Notes under the pieces: generated by a model | Database searches by the model: none | What the model was told of the DNA's origin: nothing | The model's input: the letters and a program-made list of their open reading frames with translations, nothing else | DNA from: a virus | Length of the DNA stretch: 64,000 bases | Virus record (IMG/VR): IMGVR_UViG_3300032770_000015 | Location: 1 to 64,000 of that record | Strand: one strand, 5' to 3' | Program-made: the position numbers and the translations under genes | Shown here: in pieces, positions 30,071-40,128 of the stretch | Numbering within the stretch: the stretch's first letter is position 1 | Layout: each line of letters opens with the position of its first letter

Positions 30071-30400
30071 TTAGGGCGACGGCAGCGGCTCGGAGATCTC
30101 GGGGTACGCCCGGCGCGCGAGGTCGCGGATCTCGTGCTTCACGGCCGAGTTCTTATCGCCCTGCCACATGAGGGTCGCCCCGAGGGCGACGGCCCGCGTC
30201 AGCTGTAGCTCGCGGAACGCTTCGAGCGCGGGCAGCTCACGGGACAACAGGGCGAATAGCTTGAACGGAATGACCCCATCGCTGGTCGGCCACCCCGGGC
30301 GATAGAACAGCCCGGGGTAGGCAGCGTGGAATCGCGCGATCAGGTGCCCGTCGGGGAGACGGAAGCGTCGCTGAGCAGTTCTTGCACCCCAGGGGGAGGC
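30071..30400 (-). CDS. tail assembly chaperone, -1 frame extension (gpGT-like); upstream boundary approximate
   Basis: ORF overlapping the chaperone 3' end in the -1 frame, no good start of its own. Confidence 0.5.
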   Translation of the reverse strand, partial: ASPWGARTAQRRFRLPDGHLIARFHAAYPGLFYRPGWPTSDGVIPFKLFALLSRELPALEAFRELQLTRAVALGATLMWQGDKNSAVKHEIRDLARRAYPEISEPLPSP

Positions 30401-30723
30401 GTGATCGGCGTCCCCATCGCCTTCCCCTGGGATTCCGTAAAAGACCAGATAGCTTTCAGCTGCCCGCGCGGCGGCAGTCGCAAGATCCAGTACGCGGCCG
30501 AATGCCCGGGCTTCCACCACGGGTGCGGGAAGAACGCCATGACCAGGCGCCGGACCATGTGCCGGGTCGCCAGCGGGGCCTTATCCGCCTTCGCCGACCG
30601 CATGGACGCCGCGAGCGGCAGCCACTGGTCAACGGAGAGGATACGGCCCCGGTAGATCGTGCCGTCCTGCGCCTTGAAGGTGGGAACCTCCAGGGCAGCG
30701 ACGTATTCCTGGGCGTCGAACAA
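30340..30723 (-). CDS. tail assembly chaperone (gpG-like)
   Basis: Lies between tail tube and tape measure genes; GGAGG RBS. Confidence 0.65.
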   Translation of the reverse strand: MFDAQEYVAALEVPTFKAQDGTIYRGRILSVDQWLPLAASMRSAKADKAPLATRHMVRRLVMAFFPHPWWKPGHSAAYWILRLPPRGQLKAIWSFTESQGKAMGTPITPPPGVQELLSDASVSPTGT

Positions 30724-30742
30724 AAGATGTCCTCCGGTGACG

Positions 30743-31105
30743 TTAGCTCGCCGAACCTGCGGCGAGGTGCCCCGTGACGGTGCAGGTACCGGTCGTCTGC
30801 CCGCTGATCCGGCAGCGAAAGGCGAGTAGGCCGCTCGTCACGAACCGGTAGCAGGCGGGCATCGCCGCCGCCGCGACCGTCGTGCCCTGCGTCGCTGCCG
30901 CGGCGAGCGACGCGCCCTGCACGGCAAAGTAGTTCGTGCCGTCAATCGTGCCCTCGAAGTTCACCGTCCCGTCGAACCCGGACGCCTTCGTCATGGCGAC
31001 GATGACCGCGCTCGCCTGATACGGGTTGATCTGCATCTCCTGCCCGTTCCCGTTCCCCGCCGCAGCGTTCTGGAACAGGAAGGGTGTCGCTTCGCCGATG
31101 CTCAT
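30743..31105 (-). CDS. putative virion protein
   Basis: Small beta-rich protein in the tail module. Confidence 0.55.
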   Translation of the reverse strand: MSIGEATPFLFQNAAAGNGNGQEMQINPYQASAVIVAMTKASGFDGTVNFEGTIDGTNYFAVQGASLAAAATQGTTVAAAAMPACYRFVTSGLLAFRCRISGQTTGTCTVTGHLAAGSAS

Positions 31106-31117
31106 TGCCCGGTCCCC

Positions 31118-32167
31118 TTAGTCAAACTGGATCGTGCACAGGTCCGTGAGCGCGTACGTCGAGGGCTTGAACTCGAACGTCAGCTTCCACTGCCCGATGG
31201 GGCCTTCCGCCGTCTCCGCGACCGCCACGAGCTGCGCCTGCGCCGAGCTGCCGTAGGTCGAACCCGAGAAGATCTTGAACCGGTTGTACTGCGTCGTGCC
31301 GACGTTCAGCTGGAAGTAGACCAGCGTCTCCGTGTTTCGCAGCTGGTACGGGTTCATCGTCGCCGCGTCGGTCCACGGGCTCGCCGTCTTCAGCGCGCCC
31401 TTCTCGACCGTCAGCTCGATGGTCGGGGTCGGGGGCATCGGCGCGAAGCCGTAGTGAACGCCCGCCGCGGTCAGGTTGACCCGCTTCGAGTCGACCTTGC
31501 GGTTCAGCTTGAAGGTGAAGTCCTTCACGATGGGCGCCGTGAACGACCCGAACGTGACCGCCGCGTTGGCCACCTCGGGCGCGACGAGCGAGTAGGTCGG
31601 GTACGACGTGATGGACGGGATCGCCACGTCGGTCGGCTCGTCGCCGGTCCCGGTCGTCACGAACGTCCAGAGCGGGATCTGGGGGCCCTTCGCCTCGATG
31701 GTCAGGTCACTGAACCCGCCGTAGAGCTTGTACATCTGGCCCTCGACGTAGTTCTGCATCGTGACGCTGACGAGCGCCGACGGCCCGACCATCGGCGCGT
31801 AGTACCACTTCTCCGAGCCGCCCACGAACGAACCGGTCGCCACGAGCCCGGCCGACTGCAGCAGGCTGTGGAACGCCAGCGTGTCCGGGTACACCGAGGC
31901 GCTGTACGCCGCGCCCGCGCCCATGGGTTCGACCGTCACCGTGTGCTTCGCCTCGAGCCCGAGGCGCACGGCGCGGTTCAGCGGGACGCCCGCCGGGGTC
32001 ATGCCCCGGTGGCCGTCGTACAGGTACGTGCCGTGGTCGCAAGCCGGGGGCGCCGCCAGGAGCAGTCCATCGGACGCCGCCGCAAGCGAGGGGTCGGTCA
32101 GATACGTGGTCTCCGCCTTCGCCATGGAGCCCCACGCAATCCGTGTCTTTGCAGCAGACTGTGCCAT
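31118..32167 (-). CDS. major tail tube protein, paralog 2
   Basis: Near-duplicate of 32180-33217; synteny. Confidence 0.7.
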   Translation of the reverse strand: MAQSAAKTRIAWGSMAKAETTYLTDPSLAAASDGLLLAAPPACDHGTYLYDGHRGMTPAGVPLNRAVRLGLEAKHTVTVEPMGAGAAYSASVYPDTLAFHSLLQSAGLVATGSFVGGSEKWYYAPMVGPSALVSVTMQNYVEGQMYKLYGGFSDLTIEAKGPQIPLWTFVTTGTGDEPTDVAIPSITSYPTYSLVAPEVANAAVTFGSFTAPIVKDFTFKLNRKVDSKRVNLTAAGVHYGFAPMPPTPTIELTVEKGALKTASPWTDAATMNPYQLRNTETLVYFQLNVGTTQYNRFKIFSGSTYGSSAQAQLVAVAETAEGPIGQWKLTFEFKPSTYALTDLCTIQFD

Positions 32168-32179
32168 TGGATCTCCTGA

Positions 32180-33217
32180 TCAGTCGAAGACGATGGAGAC
32201 GTGATCGGTCGCTCCATACGTCGAAGGCTTGTACTCGAACACCAGCTTCCACTGGCCAATCGGCCCCTCCGCGGTCTCCGTTACCGTCACGAGCTGCGCC
32301 TGCGCCGACGCGGCCGTTGCCCCGGCCCAGATCTTGTACTCGTTGGTCGCCGTCGTCCCGACCTGCAGGGCGAGCGGGATCAGCACCTCGTTATCGCGCA
32401 GCTGGTACGGGTTGATGTTCGAGGCGTCGTTCCACGGGGTCGCCGTCTTCAACGCCTGCTTCTCGATGGTCAGCTCGAGCGTCGGATACGGCGGCAGGGG
32501 CGAGAACCCCGCGTGCACGTTCCCCGCCGTGTTCAGGTTCACCCGCTTCGAGTCGACCTTCCGGTTCAGCTTGAAGGTGAAGTCCTTCACGATGGCCGAC
32601 GCATACGCCCCGATGGTGATCTGAGCGTTGGCGACCTCGGGCGGGATCGTCGCGTAGGTCGGGTACGACGAGATGGCCGGGATCGCCACGTCGGTCGGTT
32701 CGTCGCCTGAGCCGACGAAGACGAACGTCCAGAGCGGGATCTGCGGCCCCTTGGCCTCGATGGTCAGGTCGCCGTAACCCCCATACAGCTTGTAGAGCTG
32801 GCCCTCGACGTAGTTCGAGATGGTCACGCTGTCGAGACCCGCCGGGCCGACCTCGGGCACGTATGTCCACTTCGACGAGGCGAACGTACCCTGCAGCCCG
32901 CACGAGACGAGCAGCGCGTGGAACGCCACGTTCATCGGGTATACCGAACCGCTGTACGCCGTGTTGGCGCCCGCGGCCTCGACCGTCATCGTGTGCTTCG
33001 CCTCGAGCCCGAGCCGGGCCGCCCGGTTCAGCGGCACACCGGCCGGGGTCATCCCGCGGTGCCCGTCGTACAGGTACGTGCCGTGATCGCAGACCGGCGG
33101 CGCCGCCAGCAGCAGGCCATCGGTGCCGACCACCGCCACGGGATCGGTCTGGTAGGTGGCCTCGACCTTCGCCATCGCCCCCCAGGCAATCCGTGTCTTT
33201 ACGGCAGACTGTGCCAT
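32180..33217 (-). CDS. major tail tube protein, paralog 1
   Basis: Synteny; highly similar to the next gene. Confidence 0.7.
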   Translation of the reverse strand: MAQSAVKTRIAWGAMAKVEATYQTDPVAVVGTDGLLLAAPPVCDHGTYLYDGHRGMTPAGVPLNRAARLGLEAKHTMTVEAAGANTAYSGSVYPMNVAFHALLVSCGLQGTFASSKWTYVPEVGPAGLDSVTISNYVEGQLYKLYGGYGDLTIEAKGPQIPLWTFVFVGSGDEPTDVAIPAISSYPTYATIPPEVANAQITIGAYASAIVKDFTFKLNRKVDSKRVNLNTAGNVHAGFSPLPPYPTLELTIEKQALKTATPWNDASNINPYQLRDNEVLIPLALQVGTTATNEYKIWAGATAASAQAQLVTVTETAEGPIGQWKLVFEYKPSTYGATDHVSIVFD

Positions 33218-33220
33218 CGG

Positions 33221-33496
33221 TTAGCCCTCCGCCGCGACGGGCGCGGCCGGGGTCGGCGCCGGGGTCGCCGGGATCGGCGAGAGACCGAGCGCGTCGGCCT
33301 CGCACTGCGCCTGGAAGGCGTCGAGCGCGGCCTTTCCGCCGTCTACGACCGACTGCGGAACCTCGGTCTGGATGAACATCACGTTGGCGAAGAAGTCATT
33401 GATCGCCTTATACTTCGCGTCCGCCTGCTCAGGGGTCGTCGTCGGCATCGCGGCGATCTCGGGCGGGCAGGGCCGGGTCGGTACCTTAATGAACAT
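33221..33496 (-). CDS. hypothetical protein
   Basis: GGAG RBS; within the structural operon. Confidence 0.55.
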   Translation of the reverse strand: MFIKVPTRPCPPEIAAMPTTTPEQADAKYKAINDFFANVMFIQTEVPQSVVDGGKAALDAFQAQCEADALGLSPIPATPAPTPAAPVAAEG

Positions 33497-33508
33497 GTCG
33501 GGACTCCG

Positions 33509-33967
33509 TTAGGTGGACTCGAGGTAATCCGCGACGAGCGATCCCCAGGTGTCCACGTACTCTTGCGGCACCGTGTCAGGAACGATCTCACGCCGCGGCA
33601 TCCGCTCGGTGCCGAGCTGGTGCCAGATCCCGTAGACGACGCTCGACCCGACGATCAGCTCGGCGTCGGTCGCCAGCGTGTAACCGTTTTCGTCGTCCGC
33701 GACGACGAGCGACTTCCAGAGCGTGTCGGTCCGCCGAAGGATCGTCTTTCCCTCCGGCTTCGCCTCGCGGGTACTCGCCGCGAGCGGTGCCCACGCGGAC
33801 CCGCCCGCCGCGCCCTCGCTAGCGAACACGTCGCCGAAGAACTCGTGCACGGCCTCGGCGACCGGCCCGGCCAGCGCCGGTTGCAGGTGCAGGACCGCCC
33901 AGTGACCGCGCTGCAGCGCGTCGAGGACCTCGGCGCTGTTCAGCAGCGTGACGTTCGGCGCGGCCAC
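33509..33967 (-). CDS. phage virion morphogenesis (neck/tail completion) protein
   Basis: WAPLAAST ... IL..T..L..S ... YG..HQ.GT..MP.R motifs. Confidence 0.75.
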   Translation of the reverse strand: MAAPNVTLLNSAEVLDALQRGHWAVLHLQPALAGPVAEAVHEFFGDVFASEGAAGGSAWAPLAASTREAKPEGKTILRRTDTLWKSLVVADDENGYTLATDAELIVGSSVVYGIWHQLGTERMPRREIVPDTVPQEYVDTWGSLVADYLEST

Positions 33968-33984
33968 CGGTCAGTCCGTCGGCG

Positions 33985-34542
33985 TCAGCGGATCAGGTAC
34001 GCCGCGACGCTGTACGTGGTCGAGTTCGCCGAGCCCGGCGTTACCGTGACGCGCCAGGTCTGCGGCAGCACGCCATCCGTGCACGTGTCGATCCCGGCCA
34101 GGGTCGTGCCCACGAGCGGGTCGAAGATCGCCACGAGCGAGCCCACGGCGGTCAGGGCATTGCACGTCATGATCGTCGTGTACGTGCCGTCGGGGTTCTT
34201 CCGCTCCAGGGTCATGACCGGCGCGGCCGACGTGCCATACACGGTGATGTTCAGGGCGAGGACGACGCCGCGCGCGTCCACGTTCGTCTGATCCGCGCTG
34301 TGCTGCGTCGCCGTCTGCGCGGCCGACGCGATCACCTGCACGAGATTCGCCTTCGCGGGCGGGTTCGCCATCACCTTTAGGATGGCTCCCTCTTCGATGA
34401 CCGCACGCGCCTGGTTCTGCGCCGACTCGAAGTCGCGCGTGTCGGCCGTCTCGCCGTACGTCTTCGTCAGGGACTGGATGACCATCCCGAGACCGGTGCG
34501 AATGCGCGCCTGCAGCCCGGTGGCCTGCAAAGAGAACGCCAT
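33985..34542 (-). CDS. putative virion protein
   Basis: Structural module, RBS present. Confidence 0.55.
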   Translation of the reverse strand: MAFSLQATGLQARIRTGLGMVIQSLTKTYGETADTRDFESAQNQARAVIEEGAILKVMANPPAKANLVQVIASAAQTATQHSADQTNVDARGVVLALNITVYGTSAAPVMTLERKNPDGTYTTIMTCNALTAVGSLVAIFDPLVGTTLAGIDTCTDGVLPQTWRVTVTPGSANSTTYSVAAYLIR

Positions 34543-34569
34543 GGTACCTGCTCCTTACGTGTTGGGGTA

Positions 34570-35109
34570 TCAGCCACCCGTGAACGGTGCGGTGTCGCGC
34601 ACCCGGTTGAACTCGATGACCAGCGCCCCGGCGACGGTCGCGTCACCGACGGATTCGCGCGCGGGGATGTAGCTCATGCTCGTCAGGGTCAGGATCGCGA
34701 TGCTGTTGCGCACCGGGGTCTTCTGCCCGCCAGCGTAGAACATCGCCGCGATGGCCCGCACAGCGGCGCGCATCGTGTAGTCGGCGTCGGCCGCGCCGCG
34801 CACGTGGTCCTGGTTACTGACGATGTAGCGCAGCGTCACGAAGACCGACCGCGTGGTCTCGCGGTACGTCCCGGCGAGGTACTGCCCCGTGGTCGTGATC
34901 GTGCCGTCCAGCATCACGTAGATCGCCGGTAGCTTCGGGGGCGGCAGCCGCTCAATCACGAAGTCGTCGTTCGTCTCGTCGTAGATGTTCACGTTCGGCG
35001 GCATCGCATCGTCGGCGTCGCGCGGCACGCCGGGGAGCTGCGCGTTCACCCCGGTCGTCGGATCGTTCAGGGCATCGGTTACGAGCCGCACGACCTCGAG
35101 CCGCATCAT
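34570..35109 (-). CDS. putative tail terminator
   Basis: Size and synteny. Confidence 0.55.
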   Translation of the reverse strand: MMRLEVVRLVTDALNDPTTGVNAQLPGVPRDADDAMPPNVNIYDETNDDFVIERLPPPKLPAIYVMLDGTITTTGQYLAGTYRETTRSVFVTLRYIVSNQDHVRGAADADYTMRAAVRAIAAMFYAGGQKTPVRNSIAILTLTSMSYIPARESVGDATVAGALVIEFNRVRDTAPFTGG

Positions 35110-35567
35110 TACCAGATCTCCCGCGTGTTGAACGACGCCAGCCAGCGATCCCAGTTGAGCGGGAACGGGTCATTGGCGTCGGGCCGATACGTCGTTGTCG
35201 CGGCCTGCTGCCCGGCCGCCGTCTGCACCAGGGGGTCCTTATGCTGCTGCGCGAGGCGCCACTCGATCACGGTCGCGATGGTGCGCTTCATCGCCAGCTT
35301 CAGCGCCGGGTCGCAGGTCGGATCGGCCGCGTCGAGCGTATACCCGCGCAGGAAGACCCAGCGATTGCTACCCGTTTCGATCTGCGTTGCCGCCCGGTAC
35401 GGCGAGGCATACCAGCCGCGCAGCAGCGGGTCCACGGCGGTCGTGTAGTACTCGATGACGTCGGCCTCGACCTGCGGCGCCAGCGTCTCCAGGTCCTCGC
35501 TCTCGCGGGACTTCTTACGCAGCAGCGCCAGATCGTTGTCGTCCGTCCAGTCAAAGTACGGAGCCAC
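35109..35567 (-). CDS. putative head-tail adaptor
   Basis: Synteny downstream of the capsid gene. Confidence 0.55.
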   Translation of the reverse strand: MAPYFDWTDDNDLALLRKKSRESEDLETLAPQVEADVIEYYTTAVDPLLRGWYASPYRAATQIETGSNRWVFLRGYTLDAADPTCDPALKLAMKRTIATVIEWRLAQQHKDPLVQTAAGQQAATTTYRPDANDPFPLNWDRWLASFNTREIW

Positions 35568-35653
35568 CGCGCCTCCCTATGTTCAAACGGCCCGGCCAAG
35601 GTGGAGTCACCCAGCCGGGCCGTCGAATCGTACGTGCTTCGGGGAGCACCCCG

Positions 35654-35869
35654 TTACTCGTGTGTCTCTGCCTCGTCCGTCGCCGCTTCCGCCGCGGCAG
35701 GAGCCGCGTCCAGCGCCTCGTGCAGCGCGGGATTGAACGTCCGGTCGTCCACGACGACCGGCTTTCCAGTCGCCTTGTCCCGCACGGTGTACGTTGGGAT
35801 GTCGGCGCCGACCATCGCGACGGCGTTCGTGAACTCTGCCAGCTCCATGTTGATCGCCACGGCGTGCAT
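35654..35869 (-). CDS. small hypothetical head-associated protein
   Basis: GAGGAG RBS; follows the capsid gene. Confidence 0.5.
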   Translation of the reverse strand: MHAVAINMELAEFTNAVAMVGADIPTYTVRDKATGKPVVVDDRTFNPALHEALDAAPAAAEAATDEAETHE

Positions 35870-35941
35870 TCTCCTCTGGCTACGGTGACGACCCCGCCGC
35901 GGCGGGCGCCCACAGGCTACGGGGCGCCCGCCACGCTAGGA

Positions 35942-37093
35942 TCAGATCTGGATGCGGACCGCGAGGTTCGGGTCCTTGGTCTTCACGCCCCAGAGGCCGT
36001 CCACCGTCCAGAAGGTGGCGCCGCTGCCGCCCGAACCCCAGATGCGGGCGCGGAGCGTCAGGCCGGTGATCTCGTCGCGCACGGTGGCCGACAGGATGCC
36101 CGGGCCGGGGTCTTCCAGCGGCTGCATGACCAGCGCGAAGGCGTCGCGGTGGAACGCGAGGCCCATGCTGGTGCAGGTCGTCTGGTTGAAGCTGAGGGAC
36201 GTGCCGTCCGCCGTGGTCTTCGCCACGTTCGGCGAAACCGGGACGGTGCAGCCGGTCGAGCCCATCGCCGTGGTCGTGGTGACCGCGTACAGCTGGGAGT
36301 CGCCCGTGATCGTGATGACGGTGCCGCGGTTCAGGTTGCCCGACCCGCCGGACCCACTGATGATGATCTGCGACGCCCCGGCGACCGCGCCCGCCGTGCC
36401 CGTGACCGGCGAGGTCAGGGCGGCGGAACCGGACGTGAACGTGGTGGCGTTCTGGTTCGCGAAGATCGCGAAGCCGAACTTGTTGCCCAGCACGCCGTCG
36501 CGCTGGAAGCGAGCATCGTCACCGGCCGTGTTGGCCATGATAAACGTCTGCTGCTTCTCGTACCGGTTCGCCAGCACGCCGTCCACCATGTAGGCGTAGT
36601 CGGCCGAGTTGACGATGGGCGCCTTCGAGTTGAAGAGCGTCTGCCGGATGTTCGCGAAGTCGTTGATCGGCGTCGAAGCGTCGGCCGACACGATCCACGG
36701 GATCTCCAGCGACAGCGCGGCGATGGACTGGTCCACCGCGTCCGCGATGCTGATGGCGACCGGCGTGATGTGCTCGGTGATGAACCGCTCCGGCGACAGG
36801 GTGCGCTCCTTGTCCGTCAGCCGGAAGCCCTGCCCCTGCCACTGGTTGATCACCAGGTTGGAGTAGGTCGGGCTCACGTCGGCGATGGACGCCTCCGCGA
36901 TGGGCATGCTCGTCGCCGAGAACGTCTGCGGCCGACGGAGCTGGATGGTACTGCCCTTGGTCGAGGCCTTGTCCTGCTCGAGGCTCCGATCCACGAAGAA
37001 CGCGAGGCCGAGGCGCTTGTACAGAATGCGCAGGGCCGCGTTCGCGTAGAAGTACGGGTCATAGGCCAGACCCGCGGTCAACAGGTTCGACAC
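35942..37093 (-). CDS. major capsid protein (P22 coat-like, HK97 fold)
   Basis: KGSTIQLRRP, LAFHRDAFALV, DGLWGVKT..P.LAVRI motifs. Confidence 0.88.
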   Translation of the reverse strand: MSNLLTAGLAYDPYFYANAALRILYKRLGLAFFVDRSLEQDKASTKGSTIQLRRPQTFSATSMPIAEASIADVSPTYSNLVINQWQGQGFRLTDKERTLSPERFITEHITPVAISIADAVDQSIAALSLEIPWIVSADASTPINDFANIRQTLFNSKAPIVNSADYAYMVDGVLANRYEKQQTFIMANTAGDDARFQRDGVLGNKFGFAIFANQNATTFTSGSAALTSPVTGTAGAVAGASQIIISGSGGSGNLNRGTVITITGDSQLYAVTTTTAMGSTGCTVPVSPNVAKTTADGTSLSFNQTTCTSMGLAFHRDAFALVMQPLEDPGPGILSATVRDEITGLTLRARIWGSGGSGATFWTVDGLWGVKTKDPNLAVRIQI

Positions 37094-37184
37094 GGTGGCG
37101 CTCCTTCGAGAGTGGTATGCGGCGACGCTACCGGATACGTGGGGTCATCGAGCAGCGCCGCCGCGCTATCGCTCGGTGTCCCGA

Positions 37185-38102
37185 TCAGTACGGCTGTTCG
37201 GCCCGCTTGGTCTTGACAACGCCGCCCTGCTTCGCGGCCTGCGCCGCCGCGGCCTCGTACGTCGCGTGGTCGGCAGCTTCCTCGGGTGTCAGCCAGATGT
37301 CCTTGCCCGACCCGACCCCGACCGGCTGCTGACCGCCCAGGCCCGGACCCGCCTGCCCCTGCGGGTCAATGAAGTCGCTGTTGCCCTTGTCCGACGCCCA
37401 GAGCCGCACGAACTCGTCCACGTTCATGTGGAGCCGGTCCGCCGTCGGCGTCGGGGCCATCTTGAAGCCGTTCCCCTCGCGGACGAACCACGATTCCTTC
37501 TCGTCATCGTAGCCGAACGCGGGCTCGAGCATCGACACGATGGGCGCCGGGGTATCGCTGTTCAGCGCCCCGAGCAGGGGCTTCTTCACCCCGGCCGACG
37601 CCGCCGCCGATAGGATCTGCGACCGCAGCATCCCACGGGTCAGGACGGTGATGCGCGCCGACGCCTTCGCCAGCTTCTTGTCGCGCGGCTCGATCTCGGC
37701 GGCCTTCACCTCGCCGAGCACCTGCGCGCGAATCCGCTGTGCCTCCGCTGCGACCTGTTCCGGGGTCGGGGCGCCCGCGCCGGGCTTCACGCCCAAGCGG
37801 TCGAGCACCCGGGCCTTCGCCTCGGGGTTCGCCGTCAGCGTCTGGAGGTGCACCACGTCGGGGTCCACCGCGGCCAGACGTTCGACGTACTTGGCCCGGG
37901 CCTCGGGAGGTGCCTTTTCCAGATCCTCCGGCTTGTACGATCCCTCGGTGATCGACTTGACACGCCGATCCAGCTCTGCGTTGAACGCGGTCTTCGGCAT
38001 GAACAGCTCGTTCACCTGCGATTCCAGCATCACGCCCGGAACTTCGACCTCGCGCTCTCCGATTCCCTCGCCGAGGTTCAGCTTCATCTTCACAGCAGGC
38101 AT
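37185..38102 (-). CDS. capsid scaffolding protein
   Basis: Charged helical protein between portal and capsid genes. Confidence 0.65.
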   Translation of the reverse strand: MPAVKMKLNLGEGIGEREVEVPGVMLESQVNELFMPKTAFNAELDRRVKSITEGSYKPEDLEKAPPEARAKYVERLAAVDPDVVHLQTLTANPEAKARVLDRLGVKPGAGAPTPEQVAAEAQRIRAQVLGEVKAAEIEPRDKKLAKASARITVLTRGMLRSQILSAAASAGVKKPLLGALNSDTPAPIVSMLEPAFGYDDEKESWFVREGNGFKMAPTPTADRLHMNVDEFVRLWASDKGNSDFIDPQGQAGPGLGGQQPVGVGSGKDIWLTPEEAADHATYEAAAAQAAKQGGVVKTKRAEQPY

Positions 38103-38303
38103 CAGCAGCTCCCGTGTTTGTAACGCGGCGGGGTCACCGCGTTAGCCTCACCCGAATGGCGCGTGAACAAGCCGATAGGCCCGGGTGGAGGGGGTCCATC
38201 GCGCCAGCAGCACTCGTCGGAACTGAAGGGGAAACCTGCCCCGGCGGGACGGACCGCGGGGTGGCTGCTACAATATACGGCCTATCGCATTGTGCGGCAG
38301 ATC

Positions 38304-40118
38304 TTACTGCCGCGGCTGGCCGAGCCCCGCGGGCATGTCCGGGGGCGGATTTACCGGGGGTGGACCGGCCGGAAGCTTCGTCGGTGACCCGAACGTGGTA
38401 GCGCCCGCCCCGCCGCCGGGCGCGGGGGCCGCCTTCGGGGTCGGGGGCGGCATCTTCTTGGCGATCTCGAGCGCCGCGGCGCGCAGCTTCGCGATCAGCG
38501 GCGTATCCTCCGCAACCGTATCGGGTTCCGTGTCATCCTTATCGTCCGGGTCCACATACCCCGACGCGATCATGTACCGCACGGCGGCGTCGGCCCGGGC
38601 CTCAGGCGGGATCGGCAGCCCCTCGGTCAGCTGCAGGCTCGCGGTCAGCTGCTGCACGTCTACGGCCGCCTCCAGCTCATCCTCGTCTACGGGAAGTCCG
38701 TCCCAGACGGCGATCTGCCGGGCCGCCTCGAGTAGAGCCGAACGCCCGGCCGGAACCGGCGTGGCGTTGCCGAAGTAGCGCTGCTTCAGGCGCTCGATGG
38801 TCCAGTTGATGTCGAACGGGATGAAGTCGTCGGACCGCTCGACCTTGGCCTCGAACCACTTGGCCGTATCGTTCGGGAACAGCGTCTGCTCGAGCCGCCA
38901 GAGCGCCTGGTTCTCCGCGTCGTCCACGGCGGCCTTCAGCATCGTCAGGAACGCGCCGACGCCCCCGGCCACGTCCTGGCGGACCTCTTCAGCGGTCTTC
39001 CGCGACGCGGCCTCGCCATATTCGCGGAACCCGGCGCGCCAGAAGTTGGTGACCTTCTCCTTCAGCACATCGGTCAGGATCGTCGCGGGCGCGGCCGACG
39101 GTGCGATGAAGTGGTGCGCCTGCGTCGAGCCCGCCTGGTTCGGCAGGGCGCGGGCACCGACCTTCAGCATATCGGTCACCTTCTTGAACGTCGCGTCGTT
39201 GCCGATCACGTTCAGGAGCGCGAACGACGCCGCCCGCAGCCCGGCGTCGCGCGTGGACTCCATGTTGAAGATCGCGTTCGCCTTCCGCGCCAGGATGTAG
39301 CCCACGGGGCGCGGGAGCGCCAGCGAAATCGGGAACAGCGGCAGCGTCGGGTTGCCGTTGTGATCCTTGTACCGATACGTCCCGACGGCGCCGGGACCGG
39401 TCAGCGGAACCACCTTGGCATCGGTCTGCCCCTGCTGCGCCTTCTCCTGCCGGTAACGCTGCCACCCGGCCGTCGTGAACCGAATGAACTGCGGCTCCGG
39501 GTCGCCACCGTCCTCGATGGAGGCGCGCACGTCCACGTCCTCCATCACCAGGGCCTCGACCAGCACGCCGTTCACGTACCGCCAGTTGGTCACGGCCTCG
39601 GCCGGAATGACCCGGATGCGCGGCGATCCGGGCACGTTGCCGTCCACGATGACCCAGGCCTTGTGGATCGCCGTCAAATCAATCGCCAGGCGGCGCCACA
39701 GCGTCTCGTACCCGTGGCCGAGCCCGTCGGCGTCGAGGCCCAGCTTCCCGATGGGTGTGTTCCGGTCCTCGGGATCGCCGAGCGCGCCCCAGCGCTTCGT
39801 CGCGTCGGCCTCGCCCTGGAACAGCATCCCGACGAGCGAGTCCACGACGGTCGAAAAGTGCGGCGTGTAGTCCGCCAGCGTCATCCGCTCGATGAACGCC
39901 TCGGGCGTCTCGCCCAGGTACTTCTGGACGAGGTAGTGCGCGATCTTATACGGGAGCAGGACCTCGCCCGTGTAGTGATCGCGCGCGTACACCCACATGT
40001 CGTGGTTGACGCGATACTCGGCGTGCTTGTATTCGAGCCACGTCGTCGGCTTGTAGAGGCCCGGCAGGGCCTCGGTCATCGCCGCGACGGCAGCGCTTAG
40101 CGGATACGGGTACAGCAT
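38304..40118 (-). CDS. portal protein
   Basis: 604 aa, synteny, Pro-rich C-terminal tail. Confidence 0.8.
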   Translation of the reverse strand: MLYPYPLSAAVAAMTEALPGLYKPTTWLEYKHAEYRVNHDMWVYARDHYTGEVLLPYKIAHYLVQKYLGETPEAFIERMTLADYTPHFSTVVDSLVGMLFQGEADATKRWGALGDPEDRNTPIGKLGLDADGLGHGYETLWRRLAIDLTAIHKAWVIVDGNVPGSPRIRVIPAEAVTNWRYVNGVLVEALVMEDVDVRASIEDGGDPEPQFIRFTTAGWQRYRQEKAQQGQTDAKVVPLTGPGAVGTYRYKDHNGNPTLPLFPISLALPRPVGYILARKANAIFNMESTRDAGLRAASFALLNVIGNDATFKKVTDMLKVGARALPNQAGSTQAHHFIAPSAAPATILTDVLKEKVTNFWRAGFREYGEAASRKTAEEVRQDVAGGVGAFLTMLKAAVDDAENQALWRLEQTLFPNDTAKWFEAKVERSDDFIPFDINWTIERLKQRYFGNATPVPAGRSALLEAARQIAVWDGLPVDEDELEAAVDVQQLTASLQLTEGLPIPPEARADAAVRYMIASGYVDPDDKDDTEPDTVAEDTPLIAKLRAAALEIAKKMPPPTPKAAPAPGGGAGATTFGSPTKLPAGPPPVNPPPDMPAGLGQPRQ

Positions 40119-40128
40119 ACGGCCTCCG

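Noticed and set aside
20987-33217. Diversity-generating retroelement acting on tail genes
   Set aside because: No reverse transcriptase in the window; the duplications are whole-gene paralogs without evident adenine-specific variation
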